The position numbers were made by a program, and so were the translations under genes. A stretch of 63,668 bases of DNA, counting the filler, from Bigelowiella natans CCMP2755 (taxonomy: Eukaryota; Protista; Cercozoa): assembly GCA_000320545.1 (NCBI GenBank). It is 4 parts of 4 records of this genome, joined end to end, with 100 filler letters (N's around TTAATTAATTAA, not from the genome) between each part and the next. Parts side by side here need not be neighbours in the genome. Positions count along the whole stretch, not along the records: positions 1 to 4,063 come from ADNK01003618.1; positions 4,164 to 32,231 come from ADNK01001409.1; 2 more parts are not named here. The stretch is one strand, 5' to 3'. Numbering within the stretch: the stretch's first letter is position 1; each line of letters starts with the position of its first letter. Positions 1 through 9,900 of the stretch are shown piece after piece. Below the pieces are notes generated by a model. That model was not told the origin of the DNA and searched no databases. It worked only from the letters and a program-made list of their open reading frames with translations.

Positions 1-249
1 TTTGGGTTAAAGGAAGAGATACAGGGGAAAAAGACCGGCAATATAGTTTTCAAAACTTGTGGTAGTGGGCAGAGCTAGGAGACACACGGATCTCAACCTT
101 AGTGATACAGATCACTCTATCACGTACCCTAATTGATCTAATGCGCTGAGATTGTATGACATCCACACTTTTCGCCGTATGACTCAGAATTCATTCGGCG
201 AATTTTGAATTCATATCCATGAGCCATCCACGGTTCGTTACGTAGCTTA

Positions 250-2299
250 ACTATGTGATCGGTTATTCCCTAAAGCGTATGATATTCGCTCTGATCGGCT
301 AGGGAAATTGAATTTCCTGAACATGGAAGATGTCAGACGTGGTAGTCCGTACGACTTCAGCTGCTTTGGGGGCCAAAAGGATTAAGGAGCCCTGGGGGGT
401 GGGGGTCGGGGGGGGAGGCAAAAATGACTGCGATTTTCAGAAAATAAAATCGGAGCATTTCGCTTTGATTTCAGGATCAGCCCACAATATTTTTTAAATC
501 GGAAGATACTTCGATTTGATGTTTAAGGTGATGACCCCAAGTGTAATAATATCACATGGCAATAATAATCAGCCTACTACCCAGATTGTAACAAAGTCCT
601 TATTCTTGTCGCCGAGGAGCTGCTGCCAGACCGGTACCTGTTATGAAGGTTGTTCACGGGACAGAGAGGGAGGGAGGATCATTAGGAAAGGGGAGATTAA
701 CAACAACAGCAACAAGAAGAAGAAGAAGAAGAAGCTTTAAGCTGGCTCCTCCTCCTCCTCCTCCTCCTCCTCCTCCTCCTCCTCTTCCCCCTTCTCTACC
801 CGCAGTACTAACAAATGCTGCTATGTTGACTTCCTACCCGATGTTTTGAATTTGATATGAAAACGACGAAGAACTGATTGAGCAGGTCATCCGGTATGTT
901 GCGACACAGCCACCACACGTTCTCCTCACAGTAGTAGCACGTGTACAGCTGTGGCGAGCAGGGCACGTTGGCGAAGAAAAGAGGGGCGGGAGGAGAGGAG
1001 GAAATGAAAGAAATTATATTTAGTAGAACAATAATTGTATGGATATTGACCCAGATATAGCATTATTTGTGGTGCCATAGTCGGTAAATACAGCCCTTCA
1101 TGGGATACTAAACCGTGAGATTTCGATATATTCTGCTGCATCCATGTCGCCACGCCTCTCCTGCTGTTTTCCGACCCTATATCATGTTCCCCATCACAAT
1201 GCAGGATCATGCACCTACTACCATGTTCTTCTTGGAGAGGCGAAAGTGTCGATTCACCCTGGCGCGCACACCAGGGGAGTAGTGGTAGTAGTAGCGGTTG
1301 TCCTTCCACTGCGGCGTGTCGGTTCTCACAACAACGGTGCTACCATCATCACCGCCATCACCACCATCATCATTCGCATGATCAGGATCGTAGTAGTAGT
1401 AGTGGTATGGTACGGAAGACATCCTATTGGGATCGTGATGATGATGATGATGATGCTGTTGCTGCATCATCATGCCACGGCGGCGGTGCTTATGGTTATG
1501 CTGGCGGCTCATCCTGCCTCTTCCCCCTCCTGATGCTTCTGCTGCTTCGGTTGTTGCTAAGCCGAATTATCGCAAAACAAGGATAGGCAGCCAGCCACGG
1601 GTGGTAATCAGGTATTATTATCAGAAGAAAATCTGCTGATTGTCCTCCCCGGAGCAAAAAGTGTATTCGTGCTAAGATATCGAAACGCTTTTTTAAAATA
1701 TATCTGTACACGTCCAAAACCTACGTTGGTCATGCCGCCATCGCCCTCGATGATGATAAGGATCACTGGCGTCCCCCCCCCATCCTTCGCCTAATTGTTT
1801 GAATTATAGCAGCAGCATCAATACGCAGCGCAGAGTTACGATATCACCTACCCAAGACGAGGAGGGTCTCCCACATCATACGAATTAGCATATGGAGGAA
1901 CAACCGCATACGTAAAAAGACAGGATCCCCTCCTCCCCCCCTTCCCCATTACTTCATGGTTCTATTTACAAAGTTACCCATCCAGGCGTTGTTGTGGGTT
2001 GGGGGATGGAAGCAGTCCTCGAGTGGATCATCGTCCGTCGTGGAGCTAATATACATTCGGATGCTAGGCTGATCGATTTGCGAGGTATCCGAGTGCTTGC
2101 TGCGCCCCCATCGATGCAAGATTGCTGTCAAAAGTATCACAAATAGAGCAGCTGACGTTCCAGGAGAGAATATCGAAAGGGCCATTCGTTGCCTTCCGCT
2201 TAGATTCGGTACAATAGTACTCTTGTATCTCCTCCCACTATTCCTTTCCCTACCGTCACCGCTGCTGCTGCTGCTGCGACTTGCTGACGATGAATTCAT
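250..2299 (-). CDS. Hypothetical multi-exon protein, probable type II membrane protein (3' end uncertain)
   Basis: ORF 1949-2299(-): MNSSSASRS... followed by a hydrophobic stretch ALFVILLTAILHRW. Further plausible minus-strand exons at ~1210-1510, ~1020-1180, ~580-640 (VPVWQQLLGDKNKDFVTIW|gt) and ~250-360. No family recognised. Confidence 0.4.
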
Positions 2300-3192
2300 T
2301 GTCGCCGAACACGATTACTGAGGGCGTGCCTCTTACAGCTTCTTAAAAGCGAGAATTCCCAGTCTACACATTCGCCGTCAAACTTTAGCAAAATCTATGA
2401 GATCGAAGTATCTTTCTCTTTCAGAAACGGGGACAGGAAGGAGAATGCACCCAAGATCAGCGTGCGCCTTGTTCAAGCGTTGATTCGAACAAGCTCCCTA
2501 TTTCGCCCACCCACGGCTTGCCGATCTTCCTCAGCTCAGCGAGTAGCGGCGGACATGAAGTCCCCCTTCCATCCCGGTTCGCCTATGTTCGATGTGGTCT
2601 CTTTGAGGTGACGAATGCCTCTCCTGAGGGAGAAGGGCGATGGCCTTTGCAGCAGCTTCTTCTTCGGGAGGGGAGGAAAAACCCTTCGTTCCCGCGGTTT
2701 CAAGGAGCATCTCGTGAGCAGCTCCTGACACACGGCAAACTACCGCCAAACGCAGGCGAATACCCTACAAAATTCAAGCGAAGCCCATGTCTTAGAGAGC
2801 AAAGTGGCCAGGAACGCAATTGATTGTTGATGGGGGAGCGTTAATAGCGGCCCTGCGACACGTGATTTGTCTGGTCGGATTACTCGAATGGCAAGGATAA
2901 ACGGGTCGTTTCCATCGACTGCAGTCGCAACCTACAAACCAACTGCGTTTACTGGCGATCATCGACAAAATGCCATAGAATTCGTGAGAGAACCGAGGAA
3001 CAATGGCGTCCTCGTCGCTTGGAGTGGCAGACCGTCGTTAGCGCACAATGGCCTCACGGGTTGACACTCAGAACAGCAGCCAGCCCTCGACGGTGAGGGA
3101 TTTATATTCGAATTAAAAAGGAACTAAATGGATCGAAGCCTATTCCCCGTATCTTTGAACCTTAAAACTATGTTCGCATGCTCTGTGTGCAG

Positions 3193-3848
3193 GGGTCCGG
3201 TGGCCTTTCAGGGATGTCTCGGATAAATGACACCCAGCAAAAAGATATGCTTTCAGGTATACTGGCTGGTCTCAAGCAGCATGGTGGGGCTCTGGGAAGC
3301 TTAGCGGGAGAGTTTGCTTTCTTTCTGCAGCCTTTCGTGGACAACCTCATCGAAATTGAGAGTAGCAGCAGTTTTGGCAACAAGAGTGCGGGGAAAGCCT
3401 CAACACTAGCATCGCTACCATTGTCAAGGCGGGAGAGTGGAAAGGATGACCTGAAAGGCGGTTCGACGAATGACTCGTCGTTTTCATCAACATCATCGTC
3501 GCAACCTTCCATCTCCTCGTCGTCTTCCCAATCTCCAGCAATGCAGAAATTGAATCAAGGCCTTAGAGAGCACGCGAGACTCCTTGTAAGAGACCAGAGT
3601 ATATAAATCCCCCAATCACAATTGCGTATATTCGTGCACACAACACAAGTGAAAACTAGTACGACCTCGATCGTTCATCAATAATATTTGGTCCTCCTTG
3701 TTTGCTGTACTACTTCTAGAGACGTATGGCTGAATATGTCGAGGCTTCTGCGACCAAACTGGAGACTGGCGATTTCCGGAAGAAGCGAAACGCCAATAGC
3801 AAATCCAAAGCTGACAGATCTAACAAGCCGGACCATATCGTATCGGTA

Positions 3849-3917
<69 letters not shown>

Positions 3918-6900
3918 ATACATATATAGCGGACTACGAGACCCCTGAGACTGGCGAGGTGTGTGTGCCCGTCTCTCTATATCTCTCTCTCTCCCCCTCG
4001 ACATAGCGAGACACGCGTGCACGCACATGCATACACACATATATATATACATATATATATGTANNNNNNNNNNNNNNNNNNNNNNNNNNNNNNNNNNNNN
4101 NNNNNNNTTAATTAATTAANNNNNNNNNNNNNNNNNNNNNNNNNNNNNNNNNNNNNNNNNNNNTAAAGACTGCAGAGACAGAAGAAAGACGACCCAGCAT
4201 GACGATCAGGCAGCTCAACGAACACTACGAGAAGTTAAAGAGAAAGAAAGGCAGAGGACAAGGATATAACAACAGCAAATGGCAAGGCAGCAACAACGGG
4301 AAGAACAATAAATATAAGAACAAAAAGCAGAACAGTATCAATGCTATACAGCAGCAGATAAACGGAATATTAGATCACCTTAAGCAGGCGCCGACGAAGA
4401 CAGCAGTACCAGCAACGCAGGACCAAGACAAGCCCATGACCCTAGACGACATAAAGAACTTAGGAGTATGCAACATTAATGACGAAGACGCTAACAGGAC
4501 TATCAAAGTTGCTATGACCAAGGTTAAAGTTAAAGACAGCTACGGAGACTACAAGAAACTACCTGCCCTTTGGGATAGTGGCAGCATGCCGAAGTCCTTC
4601 ATAAGCCTAAGCACAGTAAGAAGGTTAGGACTATTGGATCAAGTGACTAAGAAAGAACGTAAATATGCTCAAGCAGACGGAAGCTCTTCCATGAAGACCG
4701 TCGGTGAGCTAATGCTAAAGCTACAGATACCTGGCAGCGACGCGGAGACCCAAATCAAGACCCGAGTAGCCATGACTTTATCCATGGAACTACTCCTCGG
4801 ACAGGATGCCCTAGAAAAATTAGGGGGGATCATATCATTCTACAATCACAAGATATACTTTGCTAAGTTGCCAAAGAAGTCAGGCAGGACCATCAGCCAG
4901 AACATGATACGGCTTGACGAGTGGACCTCTGAGTCAAGCGTTAATGCGTTAGAGTTTATGGACCTAGCGGACAACAAGCTACCTACACCTACCGAGCTAC
5001 GGAAGAAGAACCCCGGCAAGACCATCCGACAGATAACGGAGCTACTGGACAAGACCCCCCCAGCTGATGATTGGGATATCGACAAAGGCAAAAAGTACAT
5101 TAATAAAATATTAAACGAGAAGTACTCTGACATCACCAAGCCGACGACGAAGCCCTCCAGCAAGCTTACCCCAGTAAAGATCGAGCTAAAGAAGGGATAC
5201 GAAGAGTGCATCATCAATGACCCAGAACATAGGCGACCGGAAGCGGACTGGGAAAAGATAGAGTGGCAGATCAATGAATGGGCAAAGGAAGGGAAGATAG
5301 AGCCAAGCAACTCACCATGGAACGTGAGACATGTGCTAGCTAAGAAACCTACTTACCCTTTCTTCCGCCTGGCGCACAACTTCATCCGCCACAACCGAGT
5401 AATAAAGAGGATCCAGACACCTACACCAAGGATAGATGACGTTATTGAACACGTCATAGGATACAAATACTACTCTTCCCTAGATAAAAATGAATCATAC
5501 ATGCAGACACCCATCCACAAAACCTCCCGCCCCATTACCGCGTTCTCCAGCAGGCACAGGAAGTGGCACTTCGTCGTATTCCCTTACGGCCTAAGCATAT
5601 CAGGGGATGCGTTCAGTAGTCAGAACTACAGGGCATACACACATGATGGGATGGCGTCTGTGTTGTGGGTGTTTGTGTTTGTGTATGTGGATGATGACAT
5701 AATATGTACCAACACAGTCGTCGCTCAGATCTTCCTCCTGGAAAATATATTTATTAGGTTTGCACACTTCGGTTTTACTATTAGACTGCAGAAGTGTACA
5801 TTCCTAGCTACAAGAATCAAGTGGTGTGGATATTACCTGGAGCAAGGCCGCATCACCCCAAACCCCGAGAAAGTAGCAGCACTACAGCAAGCCCCTAAAC
5901 CTAAGAATGCAAAGGAGTTAAAGTCATTCTTGCAGACTGCAGCTTGGATACTACGTAGGTTCTCCCCTACCTACGCTAGGACTGCAGCTGCTTTTACTAC
6001 TGCTTACCGGAAGGAGAACTCTGTAGGCCTCAGCTTCGCTAAGGTGTGGGCCAAGGCTGGCCTTGATGCCCACTTCGATAACCTAATAAAGTTATGCAGC
6101 AACACCCTATTGAATGCTAAGCTAGACACTACTAGACCAGCTACCCTATGGACAGACTGGTCTAAGCTAGGTATGGCTGCTGTACTTACCCAAGACCAGC
6201 AGATCATACGGGTGTGGGGCAGGGCCTGCACAGCAGCTGAGGCCAAGTACAGCCCTACAAAAGGAGAGTATAAAGCCATGACTGAGGCGCAGAGGAAACT
6301 AAGATACTACCTGCTGTCGGTGCCCAGCTTCACCTTAATGACTGACCACAAGCCCCTCCTAGGCATCGACCGCAAGCTCGAAGCGCCTAACGATGAGTAT
6401 GCAGCTATGAGGGCGGACACGGAAGAGTTTAGGGACAAGAGGACAGTGGTCTACGCACCAGGAGACAAGCAGCTTGCTGACTATTTCAGCAGGCTGTTCG
6501 AAAAGAAAGTCCCTACCCAGGTCACCCCTATGGTTAACGCGATTACCTTCGAGGACGGCGACTTCCTGCCTGAGCCAGAGGAGCTCCAGCACCTTCAAGA
6601 ACACCTGGATAAATACAAACACAAGCATGAGGTACTTAGTGATAGGATATATGTATACACTAATAATGTTAGGCGTACCTACGTGCCACGGCGGACCAGG
6701 GGAGCCCTTCTCTTTACCGCCCATGGACCTGCACACGTAGGAGAAAACCATATCACTGCTCTACTCTACCATTACTACTGGCCCTACAAGCTAAAAGAGA
6801 TAAGGACATACCTGCGTGGCTGCAGGTGCTCCAGCTTGAAGGCGGCAGGCGTCGCCACCAAGGAGTCCAGCAAGAGCCGTGCATCTAAGAAAATCAAAGC

Positions 6901-9900
6901 AAGGAACTTCTTAGATATCGTGCAAATTGATGTTTATAAGTACGATGGCTATCACTACCTTACCTTCGTTGATGTGGCCACTGGAAAGTGCTGGGTTAAA
7001 AAGATTATCAAGGTCAACGTTGCTAAGAAGAACAAAGGCTTATATAAGCAGAGGCTTACTAACTGCTACCGTACCTGGGAGTCTGAGCTCCAGGCTATCC
7101 CTGATGAAGTTAGCATAAACAAGATACCAAAGAAGTTACATGTGGATAATGAGACCTCTCTTCTACAGCTACCACACCCTAATATTGATGCCTCACCTGT
7201 ATACTATGCCCAGTCCAACTCCAAGGTAGAGCGACTCCACCGCACCTTGGCCAACCTAAGCAGGATAAATAGCACCACACCAGACAAGATACAAGGGTTA
7301 GTAAACGACACCTTCACGTCTGGGGGAGGTATCAAGGATAAGGAGAGGGAAGAAGGCGACGACAACGACGACGATACCGAGAGCGAAGACGAGAAGGTCC
7401 CGTACGATGGCCGAGTTCTAAAGGAAGGACAGTATGTTAGGGCCAAGGTAAATCTGAGATCGAGAAATAAACAAGACCCCTTCTGGGGTGGCGTTGCAAA
7501 GGTTACCGAGAGGAAGGGGAGGAAGCAGTACTACATCTATGATGGGAACAGGGTCACCTTGCGCCACATCAGTCACCTAAAGAATTATGATATCGGTGAG
7601 AAGCTCCTAGAGGATGTTAAAGTAAACCCTACTGTGTGGGAGCGAGCAATGCCTTGTTTAGGACCCCGACCTAAGTTCGATGTGGAATATGGAAACAATA
7701 AGGTCAGGGTGAACGACGATTGGCGCATGAAGATTGTCTATCTAGGCTACCCTGGATTACGAAATATGGAGAGGGTAGCTATGAAAATAAAGGACGGAAA
7801 ATATCAGCTACTCTACCTAGCTGTTCCCGACTTACCCTTTGAGCACTGGTATAAGGTCCTGGGGGACCTTGATGCAGAGGGCTGGTATGGACACGAACCT
7901 AAGGACGAAGGTGAGTTCTGGGTAAGCGACAAAGGAGATAAGGTTAGAGAGGAATCTATTACCTGGTGGTTGGTGAAGTTCCGAAAGCGATGAAGGTCTA
8001 AGGGAATAAGGAAGGAAGGAAGGAGCAACGTGACTTGGGGGAGGTGTAGCGCGTACCACTACGCGGGCACAAGTCACGTGCGACAACAAAGGGGTTGTCG
8101 CGGATATAGAATATAGATAACGTAGATATTAATACAGCATAGGCACGTGGGTTCCGGCGGGACTCATGGCAGCACACCGGAAGTGTGCTGCCCCACGTGC
8201 GGCGGCATTCGCGAAAGCTTCGCGAATGATTACGCAGTGCACGATTTAATAAAAATATAATCTTTAATAAAAATAAACACAACTCTTCAAAAGGAAGCAA
8301 ACGTGCCTTTCCCCCCCCCTGCCTACTTGTGCACGTAGCGCCTCGGCCTGTGAACACCTTACGCGCAACAGACGCGCGTATGCCAACTACCACTGAGTTA
8401 GGCAATACTAAAGGTACCGCTGATATCGACAATACTAAAGGAAACCCTAGCACAGATCACTCACAAAAACGGCTTAACTTTCGTAAGTTCTTTACGAACA
8501 AGGGTGAGCTCAAGCCAGAATTTCGAGGTTCCGGGGACTCATCCATGTCCACGCTCTCCGCTCCTCGTCCGGTCTCGCCGGAGAATACTAGCTCGCCTCG
8601 GGCTTCAAACAGCAGCATCAACAGCACTAGCAAGCCCTTACCTTCTCGAAACCATCGTCCTCCTCCCCCTGTCCCTGATGAGGCAGTTGTGCAATTGGCA
8701 CTTGATGCTGCGAGACACCCCCCACCACCAGTACCTGATGAATCTACTCTTGATGCCAAGGACTTAGAGGCAGCACGGAAGGGAACGTATCAACCACCGC
8801 TTCCACCTAGAACGAGGAAAAACACGGCTGCTGTTGTCATTAATGGTGATCCACGGCCTCCTCCACCGGTACCAGACGAGTCCCTTTTAGATGAAAAAGA
8901 CCTGCAAGCTGCACGGGAAGGAACGTTTAGACAAAAAAGACGCCCCACTGCTGCACGCCCACCATCTTCACAAAAACCAGCACCCCCACCCTATCCTTAC
9001 AAAGGACAAGATAAGAAAAATATCATTTCTCCCCACCATGGAATTGAGTTCCGACTGCATCTTGCGAACCTTAATGCAATTGAGAACCAAAGAAGAAAGC
9101 CAATTCCTCCAGAACCATCTCGAGTTAATATCTTTCTTCTTAATAACATCATTTATAATGCAAATGCGTACTACTTCCACGTTATTAACTGTGATATACC
9201 TTCAATAATTTCACGTGTTGCAGATAGGTAAGCCGTCCTCCAAAAGAGTCCGGTTCAATAACAACATAGAAACATCGATAGGTTCTTTTATATATGCACC
9301 AAAATTCTTAAAGTTTGTTGACACAAAACGTCTGCCCAACCAGTGATAAAGAATTCAAGATTGAGGAGAGGAACAGAATTTATGGGAAACTATGAACCTG
9401 AAGTTCCGGATGGAGGGTAGTAACATATCAATACAAAATGTTAGGAATTTATTGGATATATGCCAAACTCCAGGTGGTCTCAAGCTGCTGTAGATTTTGC
9501 TCGAGAGGCAGAGCTTAGAAGTGTTGAAGAATTTGAAAGAGAGTTGAATGACTTGTTCGGAATAGGACCGAATCCCATTGTCGAAGTCAAGCAATGCCAG
9601 CAGGTTACTAGAAAGAAATATCTTATCCACAAGTAATACTGAATGTTTTATTTTTAGCATACCTACTCTACGAACACGGAATTGCCTCCCGCTAGGGAAA
9701 CCCACGTTGCTAATCCAACTGCGCAACTACCACCTGCAAAGGAACGGACTGTTGTAAACGAGCCACCTCCAGATCTTCCTCCGTTTTCAGCAGCAAAGAC
9801 GAACAATCGTGCAAAAGAACGAACTTCCGAGGTTTCTGAAAAGGAAACTCCCGCAAAAGGGAAAGTATCTCTTGGAACAGGCAAGGTATCTACTGAATCA

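Larger units (their letters stand above)
4164..8289 (+). mobile_element. Ty3/Gypsy (Metaviridae-like) LTR retrotransposon, 5' end lost in the gap
   Basis: Uninterrupted ORF in PR-RT-RH-IN order, then a polypurine tract (8001-8025 and GGGGGAGG 8037-8044) and a TG...CA LTR at 8045-8289. Confidence 0.93.

Noticed and set aside
2640-2800. In-frame TGA in MAFAAASSSGGEEKPF...SIS*AAPD, hinting at stop-codon reassignment
   Set aside because: Conserved genes here (RPS25, CFAP58, V-ATPase a, PITHD1, kinase) have no internal stops once introns are removed and end in TAA, TAG or TGA.
4108-4119. TTAATTAATTAA recurring three times (also 32276, 58776)
   Set aside because: Always centred in N-runs; a standard artificial all-frame stop spacer, not biology.
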